Source: Cyanobacteria bacterium P01_D01_bin.156
GTDB lineage: Bacteria; Cyanobacteriota; Cyanobacteriia; Phormidesmidales; Phormidesmidaceae
Direction: 5' to 3'
DNA: 64,000 nt
NCBI GenBank assembly: GCA_039024555.1
Contig: JBCCQQ010000001.1
Coordinates: 256,001-320,000, forward strand
The position numbers and the translations under genes are program-made. Positions 45,001 to 54,652 of the stretch are shown here, piece by piece. The stretch's first letter is position 1; each line of letters begins with the position of its first letter. The notes below the pieces were generated by a model. That model worked only from the letters and a program-made list of their open reading frames with translations, did not search any database and had not been told where the DNA came from.

Positions 45001-46257
45001 TTCTGCAAACAGGGCTAATGGGCGAGGGGCAGTCGCTTTAGCTTCATCAAGATCGAGCCAGTAGAGGCAGAGCATGCTAAAAAACATGCCAAAACTATCC
45101 TCTTCATCATCTCCATAACACTCGATCAATTCCATCAAGCGCTGACGAGCGGACAGCTGCCCTTGATGTAATAAAGCCATTTCGTGCAATAAATGAAAAG
45201 CGTTGCTCAAGTAGCCAGAATTTTGCATTAAGGGTTTACTTAATGCGACAGCCGTTTTAAGAGACTGAGGTTGCTTCACTTTCAGTAACGCGAGCATATA
45301 AAATAACCCGGCTACACCACCAATAACAGCTTGCTTATTTAACTGTTGCCGAGCTAGCTTAGTAGCACTTTTATAATAGCTAAGGGATTGCTGTATTTCT
45401 CCTGTCAGTAGGGCTAACGCTCCGCGTAAAGCGGTTGCATAAACCTGAGTTTTTGCATCAATCAACTTATCTAGCAGGGCTTCAGCATCTGTCAGTCGAT
45501 CACGTAGCAAATACTGTTCTACTAAAAGTACACTCAGATCACTGGACTCATCAGCTTGTTCCTCCAACAATTCGATTAAACCTTCTGTAGGTTCCAACAG
45601 AGCTGTTGCTTGAATCAAAAGTGTGCGTAGTATCGCACCACATTGATCAGAGGGCAATGTTTTTAACCAATCGGCATCAAAGGGGTTGTTTGAGACATCT
45701 AGCAAAAAGTCCTCAAACGTAATGGATGTGGCGTAGTAGTTATAGTTACTGTAGTCCAGGAATAACTGAGGCAGGCCATCGTATTCCTTGGAATAGAGCG
45801 CCAGCCGTGCTTCTCGATAAAGGTCGTCTTTAGTACGACAGATATGGCGTATGCGATTGATCCGGCCACCGGTTGCATGGCGCGGATGTACAACACTTTT
45901 TACAGCCTGCAGCATGGGTTCAAAAATATCTAGCTGCACGGCATTACGCGTCACCAGCTCTACTAAAAGAGGATTACACTGCGGCAGGTGGCCTGCTCCG
46001 TATATCAGCACCTGCACTTCGATTAGGAAGTTAATCTGAGACCTGAGATTGCTCGGTGTAAATTGTTTCCCCGTCGGTGTGCTAATGCCGATGTGATTAA
46101 GGGCAGCACACAGGCTAGCGAGGGGAGTCGGCCCATAAAATAGTGAGCTGAGTTGAGTGATACTCTGACGCAATGGGGATAGCTGCTGGTAAGTATCGAA
46201 GAGCTGCGATCGCAGTTCTTCAAAATCCACCATATCGCCCTCTGTGAAATTGCTCAT
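42058..46257 (-). CDS. SNF2/SWI2-family helicase with long N-terminal helical region
   Basis: LADDMGLGKT, LDEAQ, TGTPIEN, LRRTK, FSQF, SLKAGGTGLNL, WWNPAVEDQASDRAHRIGQ. Confidence 0.95.
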   Translation of the reverse strand: MSNFTEGDMVDFEELRSQLFDTYQQLSPLRQSITQLSSLFYGPTPLASLCAALNHIGISTPTGKQFTPSNLRSQINFLIEVQVLIYGAGHLPQCNPLLVELVTRNAVQLDIFEPMLQAVKSVVHPRHATGGRINRIRHICRTKDDLYREARLALYSKEYDGLPQLFLDYSNYNYYATSITFEDFLLDVSNNPFDADWLKTLPSDQCGAILRTLLIQATALLEPTEGLIELLEEQADESSDLSVLLVEQYLLRDRLTDAEALLDKLIDAKTQVYATALRGALALLTGEIQQSLSYYKSATKLARQQLNKQAVIGGVAGLFYMLALLKVKQPQSLKTAVALSKPLMQNSGYLSNAFHLLHEMALLHQGQLSARQRLMELIECYGDDEEDSFGMFFSMLCLYWLDLDEAKATAPRPLALFAELAEDAGLSWFAAEAAELLGRLVPDSEYAKWAVERPQISIVNTLEPQSTWEISLKALVNVAGSPKNISTKGERRLVWFLTVYTKHWQLQPKEQKLSAKGTWTKGRVIALNRLAKNPSEFDYLTSQDIQVCNHIKYDYYSGTQYTLSRSAIQALVGHPLVFWEDSPTVRVEIMAATPELVVEQNSDSTLTLRLEPKVHPGDTIFLVKETPTRIKVVEVTSEHQKIAEILGKHNQLTVPAAGQDKVLTAIRSVSSLVTIHSDIGGGNLEGVETLEADAKPHLHLMPAGDGLKVSMLTRPFPNSGSYYPPGTGRKTVIAEIDGQRSQATRDLSLEKRLAQDVQQACPALQLGENDSGEWILDEPETCLELLLQLEAVEEDIVLEWPEGEKLKIRNKAGIDGWRLNIKQEQDWFSVSGELELDDGSVMDMQALLSLLDQTSSRFVPIGDGQFLALTQAFRNRLDEFRTYSERHGNGARFHPMAALALEDTLDDVGQLKADQKWKSHIKTLKEGKAITPKIPSTLQAELRDYQQEGFRWLTQLAHWGVGACLADDMGLGKTLQALAVILLRAPEGPTLVVAPTSVGANWISEAHRFAPTLNLMQLGSSNRQAVVDQLSGFDLLVCSYGLLQQPDVAELLAEVDWQTIVLDEAQAIKNSSTKRSQAAMKLKAGFKVITTGTPIENHLGELWNLFRFINPGLLGSLDKFNQRFATPIERYQDKQARLHLKKLIQPFMLRRTKTQVLDELPSRTEITLHVELSGEEKALYEALRRDAIAKLTTTEAKAGAKHLQVLAEITRLRRMCCNPQLVMPEMAPASAKLQLFGEVLKELLSNRHKALVFSQFVDHLTILRNYLDQQSISYQYLDGSTPAKQRKQRVDAFQAGEGNVFLISLKAGGTGLNLTAADYVIHMDPWWNPAVEDQASDRAHRIGQTRPVTIYRLVTKGTIEEKIVELHNRKRDLADSLLEGADMSGKLSTDALLQLMSDV

Positions 46258-46358
46258 CTCACTGCCTCTCAAAAATGCCTAAACAAACCCCTAAACATCT
46301 CATTATAAGAGCTACTGAACATTCAGATAGGGCAGTTCTAATGCTAACTTCAGAAGAA

Positions 46359-47378
46359 TTAAGCGGCTAGGGAATGAGGCTTACGGGTCGTCATAGGACA
46401 GGCAACCTTAGGGGCAGGCGTCTGCAGACGTTTGAGCAGGGCTAATGTTTGCGATTCTAAGTTGCGCTGGGTTAAGGGCTGAATAAACTTATCGAAGGGA
46501 TTAAGGTCTATGATTAATGAGCCAAATCTCATCCCTACCGGCTCCAGATGGTCACCCTGCAGCAGTCGTCGTCGCAGGTGAGGTTGCTCTTGCATCAGCC
46601 GCTGACAGGTTCCTGCAGCAATGCGATCGCGAGCGAACTGAATCAAACCAGTCAGATGGAATAGCTGACTATGTTCAATCAGCTGATGAGTGTAGTCGAC
46701 ACTAGGATAGCCCCCCCTAAACTGACTCAACAACCAATGGAGAGACGTAACTGGGATAGCGGCATTCATATCACCCATGGCCGGGGCCAGCAGCAAAGAA
46801 ACCTCGTGCATGATTGAAGGCTGACCAAAGTCAATAGAGACTCCTACCAATTGATTAATTTGTCTTTCAAAAAGCCGTAACCGCCGACTAATTATCTCCA
46901 GCCCTCGTTCAATCTGTTGTTGCTGACTACACAGTAGTTTTCCTTTTCGTTCCAGCATGGCAAAAGACTCTGCCAATAAGAACGGAGGAGTACTTAAAAG
47001 CTCCAACAACAAAATATACTTACAACCAACACCATGACCAATCCAGATATAGTTACTAGCTTCTAAGTAAATATGAGGATCATACCCTTGAGCAATAGCC
47101 AACTCCACCATGGCAACACGGACGGCATAATGTTCATCCAAAAGATTTAGCGCCATGGACCAGTGGTTTAATATGAACCGAAAGGGTAAAGCAACAACAG
47201 TATAGCCAGCTTCAAAAAGACTTCTTAGAAAGTGGTGATAGGAAATAGTAGGCAATGTGCCAAACAACGCGCCACCAATAAATTGAATGATCCCTTTAGG
47301 CTGAGGGTGTAGCGCCACCCAACTATGGCCACAAGGAATAAACCGAAGAGTATCGGCATGGGGGGCAGATAGGATCAT
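46359..47378 (-). CDS. DUF1350 family alpha/beta-hydrolase-fold protein
   Basis: P.PKGIIQFIGGALFG..PTISY..FL..L...GY.VVALPF; GHGVGCK elbow. Confidence 0.85.
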   Translation of the reverse strand: MILSAPHADTLRFIPCGHSWVALHPQPKGIIQFIGGALFGTLPTISYHHFLRSLFEAGYTVVALPFRFILNHWSMALNLLDEHYAVRVAMVELAIAQGYDPHIYLEASNYIWIGHGVGCKYILLLELLSTPPFLLAESFAMLERKGKLLCSQQQQIERGLEIISRRLRLFERQINQLVGVSIDFGQPSIMHEVSLLLAPAMGDMNAAIPVTSLHWLLSQFRGGYPSVDYTHQLIEHSQLFHLTGLIQFARDRIAAGTCQRLMQEQPHLRRRLLQGDHLEPVGMRFGSLIIDLNPFDKFIQPLTQRNLESQTLALLKRLQTPAPKVACPMTTRKPHSLAA

Positions 47379-47523
47379 GGCTATAAAATTTACGGAGCAA
47401 CCACAGGCTGCTTAAAAGTAATATTTATCAAACGATACATGTTTAAGGTTAAAAGTTCCGGATCATTGTTTAACTTTTCTTGAATTTCGCTAACAGTCTC
47501 CATAACATCTCTGCAAGCGTCAT

Positions 47524-47568
47524 TTGCTCATCTAATCTATTGTTACTGACAACAGATTAGATGAGCAA
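47524..47568. repeat. Inverted repeat (21-bp arms, 3-nt loop) in a divergent promoter region
   Basis: TTGCTCATCTAATCTATTGTT-act-GACAACAGATTAGATGAGCAA; two mismatches. Confidence 0.8.
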
Positions 47569-47894
47569 TAAATAAATCGTCAAAACAACAAGATATAGGA
47601 AACCACAATATCCCCTGAGGCAATTCACTTACAAGGGTCTCAGAAGAAATTTAGCAAAAATATTTGTCAATCTTGTTTCTAAGCGTGGCACTGCTCACCT
47701 CAACGCCACAAAACTTTGAACACGTCAGACGATCAGTTCTCCTTCTTTTTTAGTGCGAGATCTTCCAAACAACTGCCTACTCAGCATCAACAACGCTGGA
47801 TTGTCTTTAAATCCCAGTATCGTTTTGTAACAGCTCTAGTCCAAGGGAGCAAATCAGCAGACACACTCTAGAAGCCGACTGTTGAAGAACGACC

Positions 47895-49004
47895 ATGGAC
47901 GTTAAGGCCGCTATTGCGCTGGAAGCTGGACAACCCCTCAGCATTGAAACTGTACAACTAGAAGGACCCAAATCAGGGGAGGTCCTGGTTGAGATCAAAG
48001 CAACAGGCATCTGTCATACGGACGCCTATACCTTATCTGGCAAAGATCCAGAAGGATTATTCCCAGCAGTTTTAGGCCATGAAGGTGCAGGTGTCGTTGT
48101 CGAAGTTGGGTCAGATGTTACCAGTCTGAAACCAGGGGATCATGTCATTCCTCTTTACGTGCCAGAATGCCGCCAGTGTGACTATTGTCTTAGCTTTAAA
48201 ACAAACCTATGTCAGGCAATTCGCACCACGCAGGGCAAAGGATTGATGCCCGATGGCAGCAGTCGATTGTCTTTTCAGGGGAAACCGCTATACCACTACA
48301 TGGGTACCTCTACGTTTGCGAACTATACTGTTGTTCCAGAAATTTCTCTAGCTAAAATCCGTTCGGATGCTCCCTTTGAGAAAGTTTGCTACATCGGTTG
48401 TGGAGTGACTACAGGGATCGGCGCAGTCATTAACACAGCTCAGGTGGAAGCGGGCAGCAACGTCGTTGTGTTTGGCCTGGGTGGCATTGGTCTCAATGTT
48501 ATTCAAGGGTGCCGTATGGTGGGGGCAAACCGAATTATTGGTGTAGACATTAACCCGGCAAAGAGAAAACTGGCTGAAAAATTTGGCATGACCCACTTTG
48601 TTAACCCCAACGACGTAGAAGGAGACTTAGTGCCCTACCTAGTAGAACTGACAAACGGGGGAGCAGACTATAGTTTTGAGTGCATTGGCAATGTCAATAT
48701 CATGCGGCAGGCACTGGAATGTTGTCATAAGGGATGGGGTGTCAGCGTCATCATTGGGGTTGCCGGAGCCGGGCAAGAGATCAGCACTCGCCCCTTCCAG
48801 CTAGTAACCGGACGAGTATGGAAAGGGACAGCCTTTGGTGGAGCCAGAGGTCGTACGGATGTACCAAAAATTGTTGATTGGTACATGGATGGAAAAATCA
48901 ACATTGATGATTTAATCACCCATGTAATGCCGCTAGAAAAGATTAATGATGGCTTTGATCTGATGCACAAAGGAGAAAGTATTCGCAGTGTGGTGACGTT
49001 TTAA
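47895..49004 (+). CDS. frmA: S-(hydroxymethyl)glutathione dehydrogenase / class III alcohol dehydrogenase
   Basis: GICHTD, GHEGAG, CRQCDYC...[23 protein letters not shown]. Confidence 0.97.
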   Translation: MDVKAAIALEAGQPLSIETVQLEGPKSGEVLVEIKATGICHTDAYTLSGKDPEGLFPAVLGHEGAGVVVEVGSDVTSLKPGDHVIPLYVPECRQCDYCLSFKTNLCQAIRTTQGKGLMPDGSSRLSFQGKPLYHYMGTSTFANYTVVPEISLAKIRSDAPFEKVCYIGCGVTTGIGAVINTAQVEAGSNVVVFGLGGIGLNVIQGCRMVGANRIIGVDINPAKRKLAEKFGMTHFVNPNDVEGDLVPYLVELTNGGADYSFECIGNVNIMRQALECCHKGWGVSVIIGVAGAGQEISTRPFQLVTGRVWKGTAFGGARGRTDVPKIVDWYMDGKINIDDLITHVMPLEKINDGFDLMHKGESIRSVVTF

Positions 49005-49010
49005 GGTGAT

Positions 49011-49862
49011 ATGGGAAATACAATTCAACTACAAAAACAAAGTGCTTGTTTTGGTGGCACGGTCGCGTACTACAGCCACTCTTCGGACGCATGTAATTGC
49101 ACCATGGAGTTTTCGGTATTTATACCGCCCAAAATGGCTAGAGAACCCGTGCCAGTTCTCTACTATCTCTCAGGCCTCACCTGTACACCAGAGAACTTTA
49201 CGGTCAAGGCTGGAGCCCAACGCCATGCAGCCGAGATGGGATTACTACTGGTTGCGCCCGATACGAGCCCGAGGGATGCTAGCGTGCCTGGAGAAAATGA
49301 GACATGGGACTTGGGAACCGGCGCAGGCTTTTATGTAGATGCAACCGTAGAACCGTGGAATTCGCACTATCGAATGTACAGCTATGTCACTCAGGAACTG
49401 CCCCGTCTAATTCAGGAAAATTTTTCTATTCGGGCTGACCGCCAGGGAATCTTTGGGCATTCCATGGGAGGCCACGGTGCGCTAGTGTGCGGTTTACGCA
49501 ACCCACAGCTATTCAAATCAATTTCGGCGTTTGCTCCCATTGCGGCACCCACGCAGTGTCCTTGGGGAAAAAAAGCATTAACAACCTATCTGGGGCCAGA
49601 TCCAACAGCATGGCAACCGTACGATGCCACTGAATTAATCAAACAGCGCCATCATTCTGCAAGCCAAATTTTGATCGACCAGGGCACAGCAGATTCGTTT
49701 CTAGACGAGCAACTGATGCCTGAACGATTGGCGGACGCTTGCCACCAGATGAACCAGCCATTAACCCTACGAATGCAGCCAGGATATGACCATAGCTACT
49801 TCTTCATTAGCACCTTTATGGCAGATCACATAGGTCACCATGCAAAGGTTCTGTTGGATTAG
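49011..49862 (+). CDS. fghA: S-formylglutathione hydrolase
   Basis: YLSGLTC, APDTSPR, GAGFYVDAT, GHSMGG, GYDHSY; 6 bp after frmA. Confidence 0.96.
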   Translation: MGNTIQLQKQSACFGGTVAYYSHSSDACNCTMEFSVFIPPKMAREPVPVLYYLSGLTCTPENFTVKAGAQRHAAEMGLLLVAPDTSPRDASVPGENETWDLGTGAGFYVDATVEPWNSHYRMYSYVTQELPRLIQENFSIRADRQGIFGHSMGGHGALVCGLRNPQLFKSISAFAPIAAPTQCPWGKKALTTYLGPDPTAWQPYDATELIKQRHHSASQILIDQGTADSFLDEQLMPERLADACHQMNQPLTLRMQPGYDHSYFFISTFMADHIGHHAKVLLD

Positions 49863-49920
49863 GAGCAACATGCTGCAGCTAAACCTAGAGTATGCAACCC
49901 ATCACTACCATAAACATTGG

Positions 49921-50883
49921 CTAAACCAAACCCGTCTGTTCTGCTAAACCTAGCATGATGTTCATATTCTGAACTGCCGCACCTGAAGCGCCCTTGCCCA
50001 GGTTATCTAGGCGGGCAGCTACTAAAGCTTCTTGAGTCAGATCATTAGCAAAAACAAACAGCTCTACCTGATTGGTACCGTTAGCGGCTTTCGTATCGAG
50101 AAACTTACCATCCCGCAGTTGCCCAGCATCACTCAAATCATGCACCTGCACAAAGGGTTCATCTGCATAGTAATCCACCAAAGTCTCCCACAGCTGCTGG
50201 CCTGTGGGCGGTTGCTCCAGATTCCATAGGGGTAGGGGCACCTGTACTAGCATCCCCTTTTCAAAGGCCCCAACCGCTGGCAAAAATAGCGGCGCATGGG
50301 CCAATCCAGAATAGTGGGTCATTTCTTTAACATGCTTATGGCCAAAAGAGAGGCCATATACCCCATAGGGATAGTCAGGTTCTGTATCGTCGTTGTACCC
50401 CTGATAGGTTTCCATCAGTTTGCGACCGCCGCCAGAATAACCAGAAATGGCATTAATGGTGGTTGGAAATTGCTCAGGAATCAGCCCGGATGACACTAAA
50501 GGCCTGACTGCGGCCAAAAAACCTGTAGGATAACAGCCTGGATTACTCACTCGATGTGCCTTGGCAATGGCATCGCGTTGGCCAGGTCTCAATTCTGGAA
50601 ACCCGTATACCCAATCTGAATGGGTACGATGGGCGGTACTAGCATCTAAGATTTTCACCGTTGGGTTCGACACTAGGGCAACGACTTCTTCAGCCGCCGC
50701 ATCCGGCAAACACAGAATTGCAATGTCCACCGCATCAATCATCCGTGCCCGTTCCTCAACATCCTTACGCTTAGCAGGATCAATACTGACTACCGTGACA
50801 TCCTGACGCTGAGATAAACGGGTATAGATTTGCAGCCCGGTAGTACCCGCTTCACCATCAATAAAAACCCTGGGCTGAACCAT
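49921..50883 (-). CDS. argC: N-acetyl-gamma-glutamyl-phosphate reductase (short type 2 form)
   Basis: FIDGEAGTTGLQI, DASTAHR, NPGCYPT, SGYSGGG, LDNLGKGASGAAVQN. Confidence 0.95.
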   Translation of the reverse strand: MVQPRVFIDGEAGTTGLQIYTRLSQRQDVTVVSIDPAKRKDVEERARMIDAVDIAILCLPDAAAEEVVALVSNPTVKILDASTAHRTHSDWVYGFPELRPGQRDAIAKAHRVSNPGCYPTGFLAAVRPLVSSGLIPEQFPTTINAISGYSGGGRKLMETYQGYNDDTEPDYPYGVYGLSFGHKHVKEMTHYSGLAHAPLFLPAVGAFEKGMLVQVPLPLWNLEQPPTGQQLWETLVDYYADEPFVQVHDLSDAGQLRDGKFLDTKAANGTNQVELFVFANDLTQEALVAARLDNLGKGASGAAVQNMNIMLGLAEQTGLV

Positions 50884-51096
50884 GTGGCAACTCCCCTGTG
50901 TACCGTTAAATACGCATTGTTATTCCTAGTTTACTAGGGCCAGTTGCGAGTCGATACGGGCTCATTTAAAGCACATATATTCAAAACGTTTGTTGACATT
51001 GCTGCTCTTTGGGAGGAGCAACAACGGCAGGTTATTCCGCTACCGCCATGATGACACTGGGCATTCTAGAGAGTGACATGGATACTTTGAAACTCA

Positions 51097-52587
51097 ATGG
51101 CAACCCCCAGCGCTTTACAACAAACGTCACCACAGCTGTGCGATCGCTACAGTATTCAGCAAACTCTAGGTGTAAGACTAGGACGCAGAACTTTACTGGG
51201 ATATGACCATCAACAGGATTGTCAGGTTGTTATCAAGTATTTATGTCTCAATGATCCCCTACAGTCTGTCGATATCCGACGATTTCATCAGGAAATCACG
51301 ATAATCAAACAGATAGAGCACGCTGCTATTCCAAACTACATAGACGATTTTGAAATTCACAACCAGAATTACCACGGCTTGATGTTGGTGCAAACCTACA
51401 TCCCTGGACAATCTCTGTATAGCTTGAGCAATTCTGGCAGAAATTTTTCCGAGACTGAGATCAGGCAGCTAGCTGGGCAAATTCTTGACATTCTGGATTA
51501 CCTGCACGAACAAACTCCAACCATTATTCATCGAGATATCAAACCCAGCAGTTTGGTCCTGAGTCCAACCAATGACGACACCTTAGGCCAAGTCCACCTG
51601 ATAGATTTTGGACTGGTCCAGAGTTCTCATACCTCTCGAACTATCAGCAATGAACCCATTTTAATTTCAGGCACACCCGGATATCGGCCACCGGAACAGC
51701 TAGGAGATAAAGCAGTACCCGCCACCGACCTATACAGTTTAGGAGCTACGCTAATTCACTTAGCCACCGGTCAACACCCTAGCCAACTTCCCCAACGGGG
51801 GTTACGAATATTATTTAGTCAAGAGCTGGGGCATATGAGTAGGCCCCTAAAAGCATGGTTACGCTGGCTGACACAACCGAAACAACATAAACGACCTCAG
51901 TCAACTCAAGCTGCGCGCCAAGGTCTAGCACAAGCCGATAGCATCTTTTCCCCAGCCAATCGTTTACGTCTGAATGGCTTAACGCACCGCTGGCAGAGAG
52001 CACTAGTGGAGTCGATGGCTCCACCTCAAACCCAATTAAAGGTTTTGGAATATAGCCAAACCTTAGAAATTCTTCTCCCCCCTCTGGGCTGGAAAAATAG
52101 TCGCTTTGCCCTCGCACTATGCCAAATGGTATTGGGCACCATCGGCATCAGTATTGTTTTTCAGGGTGTGCTGCTGTTATGGCCCCACATGGAACTAGGG
52201 CAACGGCTATTGCTCCTGATTTTTAGCTTGGTGGGCGGCCACTGGAACATCCGGTGGAGTCTTCAGGGCCTCAAAACCACGGCTAAGACATTGTTTGAAA
52301 AAACCAGTATTCAACTGTTGCCCGATATTATCCTCGTAGGCAAGCGATTTCCCCATCGTCCTGTCAATTATCAGGTCAACAGCTACAAACGTGATATCGA
52401 AGATATTGACCTCCAACCGGGTAGCTCCACCATTACGTTTCACCTACAACGCAACCGCACAGCTACTGGCCGCCTCAAGTATCCTTTAGAAGGCATATCC
52501 CTAGGCTTGACCCAGATAGAAACTCGCTGGATTAACGACATCTTACAGCTCTGGTTAAAGCAGTCTCCTTCAAGAAAAATCACTTAG
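51097..52587 (+). CDS. Ser/Thr protein kinase-like protein with C-terminal TM segments
   Basis: VVIK, HRDIKPSS, LIDFG, GTPGYRPPEQ, DLYSLG. Confidence 0.9.
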   Translation: MATPSALQQTSPQLCDRYSIQQTLGVRLGRRTLLGYDHQQDCQVVIKYLCLNDPLQSVDIRRFHQEITIIKQIEHAAIPNYIDDFEIHNQNYHGLMLVQTYIPGQSLYSLSNSGRNFSETEIRQLAGQILDILDYLHEQTPTIIHRDIKPSSLVLSPTNDDTLGQVHLIDFGLVQSSHTSRTISNEPILISGTPGYRPPEQLGDKAVPATDLYSLGATLIHLATGQHPSQLPQRGLRILFSQELGHMSRPLKAWLRWLTQPKQHKRPQSTQAARQGLAQADSIFSPANRLRLNGLTHRWQRALVESMAPPQTQLKVLEYSQTLEILLPPLGWKNSRFALALCQMVLGTIGISIVFQGVLLLWPHMELGQRLLLLIFSLVGGHWNIRWSLQGLKTTAKTLFEKTSIQLLPDIILVGKRFPHRPVNYQVNSYKRDIEDIDLQPGSSTITFHLQRNRTATGRLKYPLEGISLGLTQIETRWINDILQLWLKQSPSRKIT

Positions 52588-52770
52588 GAGCTGTTCAGAA
52601 ACGACTTCACAATTGCAGCTTGAAAAGCTTGTTAAGCCAAGACTTTAAATGCATGCACAAGGCCAGGGTGCTAATTTTTAACAAGCCCTTAGCCACTGGT
52701 CAGTAAACGAGATTACCCCAGCCAACAGTGCACGGTTCCCATAAACTGAGGGATACTGTCCGCATCTGTT

Positions 52771-53250
52771 TTGACTATGCCTCGGTTTGCTACTGCTCAG
52801 GATCAACGCTATGCCCAAGCATTGATGCAGCCCGCTCTAATTCGGATCATCGACAATATCCGTAAGCAGCTAGACACATGCGACTGGAATGGCACCTATC
52901 GGGATGATATGCACTGGCCAACAGACGCCACTGCCGAACAGAAACAACAATACATGGCATTGCAGGAGATGCTGGAAACTGCCGGTCCTGAAGACCATGA
53001 TCGGATTCAAGCTACCCTGGCTCAGCTACCGTCTCCCGAACACATCTACACCCTCTGTTTGACCAAACAAGACCAGCAGCAGGAAATCAACCTGTGGCAG
53101 CTGTGTTACCGCCTTTGCGCAAAAGATAATCAAGATCCGATGACAGTAGATATGCAGTTACTGGATTTGGAGCAGGGAGATATCGACTGGATTACCTTGG
53201 ACAACAAGGCAAAACAATTGGTAGAAGAAGAATTTAACAAACTCTCCTAA
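52771..53250 (+). CDS. Conserved cyanobacterial hypothetical protein
   Basis: LMQPALIRIIDNIRKQL...W.G.Y, LWQLCY..C and DW..LD.KAK motifs. Confidence 0.8.
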   Translation: MTMPRFATAQDQRYAQALMQPALIRIIDNIRKQLDTCDWNGTYRDDMHWPTDATAEQKQQYMALQEMLETAGPEDHDRIQATLAQLPSPEHIYTLCLTKQDQQQEINLWQLCYRLCAKDNQDPMTVDMQLLDLEQGDIDWITLDNKAKQLVEEEFNKLS

Positions 53251-53308
53251 CGCCTTGCTATTTGAGGAAGCTTACATAGCTGTAAACTACCAACCTTAAT
53301 CAAACGCT

Positions 53309-54115
53309 TTAGCCATCGACTATAGGTAGCTTAGTCCCACATCGTCGACAGTACAGAGCATCGGTATCATGTCCAGACAAACCACAATTGCTACACTCTG
53401 CCGCATCCAGAGCCTGCAATCGATTAATATTTTGAATTAAACTACCCAGCTGACTAGGAATTAGGGCAATTCCAGTCAAAATCATCATCACTGTAAGGGT
53501 GCGTCCCGCTTCTGAAACCGGTGTGACATCGCCGTAGCCTACGGTGGTCATAGTAACCACGGCGAAGTACATGGCATCTAAAAAGCTAGCGAAAATATCT
53601 GGTGCAATGGGGTGCTCTACCTGGTAAATAGCCCCTGAGTAGATAAAGACAATGGCAAATAGGGTAAACACAATGCGGGCGATAATGAGCCCTTCACGCC
53701 CCAACCAACGGTCCTCTTCTAAGAAGCGAGCTAATTTAAGAATGCGTAACCAGCGGATCAGCCGCAGCGATCGCATATCAAACAGCCCGGTCAATAGAGG
53801 CAAAATTGAAACTAAATCAACAATGGCATAAGGGCTAAAGACATAGCGCAGGGGGCGTTCCGAAGCCCAGAGACGGAGCCCATATTCCACGACAAAAACG
53901 CCCAAAACCAATCGATCTAATCCAGAGAGTAGACTGTAGACGTTATCCGACAACGGATAGGTTTCCGCTACAAATAAACCGGCTGAAATCAGGATTAGGA
54001 GTGCGATCGCAATATTCAAACCCAGCCCTAACCCAGTTTTAGCCTCCTCTAATTCAGCCCGTACCCGTTGCCGCAGAGTGAACTCCTGTTGATGCTCAGA
54101 TTGACCAGCCGCCAT
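53309..54115 (-). CDS. Voltage-gated-type potassium channel with C-terminal Zn ribbon
   Basis: S4 RSLRLIRWLRILKLAR, TMTTVGYGD filter, CSNC...CRRC. Confidence 0.92.
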   Translation of the reverse strand: MAAGQSEHQQEFTLRQRVRAELEEAKTGLGLGLNIAIALLILISAGLFVAETYPLSDNVYSLLSGLDRLVLGVFVVEYGLRLWASERPLRYVFSPYAIVDLVSILPLLTGLFDMRSLRLIRWLRILKLARFLEEDRWLGREGLIIARIVFTLFAIVFIYSGAIYQVEHPIAPDIFASFLDAMYFAVVTMTTVGYGDVTPVSEAGRTLTVMMILTGIALIPSQLGSLIQNINRLQALDAAECSNCGLSGHDTDALYCRRCGTKLPIVDG

Positions 54116-54220
54116 AGCGCGTTTGAATATTCACTGTGAAGAGTGTGCCATGCTGAAGTTGACGCTGGTTCACCCAGTCCCCCAAACTCAAATTACATTA
54201 CTTACAAACTCATCAATTGC

Positions 54221-54445
54221 ATGGTGGATAAATTATTCTCAGTAGGCGATCGCGTCACTGTGACCACTCACCCCCCATATCTCAAAACCGCTGACCCCAT
54301 GCCGATGCTGCGTCCACCGGACCTAGTCAGCCTAGGAGAGCAGGGAACCATATTAGAACAAAAGCTCGGCGGTTATTGGGCTGTGCGTTTTGAACGAGGT
54401 GCTTTTCTCATTGATGGTCGGTACATTGATCGCGTACCTAGCTAA
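54221..54445 (+). CDS. sipA: NblS-interacting protein SipA (DUF3148)
   Basis: PPYLKTADPMPMLRPPDLV..GEQG...WAVRFERGAFLID. Confidence 0.9.
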   Translation: MVDKLFSVGDRVTVTTHPPYLKTADPMPMLRPPDLVSLGEQGTILEQKLGGYWAVRFERGAFLIDGRYIDRVPS

Positions 54446-54520
54446 CCCAACCTGATATAGCTTTCCGATAGCAATAGCCTCTATCACCAGATCGCTCTCC
54501 AAGAAAAAAAGTAATTTCCA

Positions 54521-54548
54521 TTGCAAAGAGGGAACTATCTGTTATATT
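54521..54548 (+). promoter_or_regulatory. Sigma70-type promoter for tRNA-Lys
   Basis: TTGCAA-N16-TATATT with TG extended -10. Confidence 0.55.
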
Positions 54549-54580
54549 CAATAACTGTGTCTGAAACACTTTTTCAACAC

Positions 54581-54652
54581 GGGTTGCTAGCTCAGCGGTA
54601 GAGCACTCGGCTTTTAACCGATTGGTCCTGGGTTCGAATCCCAGGCGACCCA
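54581..54652 (+). tRNA. trnK: tRNA-Lys (anticodon TTT)
   Basis: GGGTTGC/GCGACCC acceptor stem, TCGG-CTTTTAA-CCGA anticodon arm, GGTTCGAATCC T arm; CCA not encoded. Confidence 0.97.

Noticed and set aside
49006..49338. 110-aa alternative-frame ORF over fghA, and similar nested ORFs throughout the window
   Set aside because: Overlaps a well-supported gene in another frame and shows no independent coding signal.
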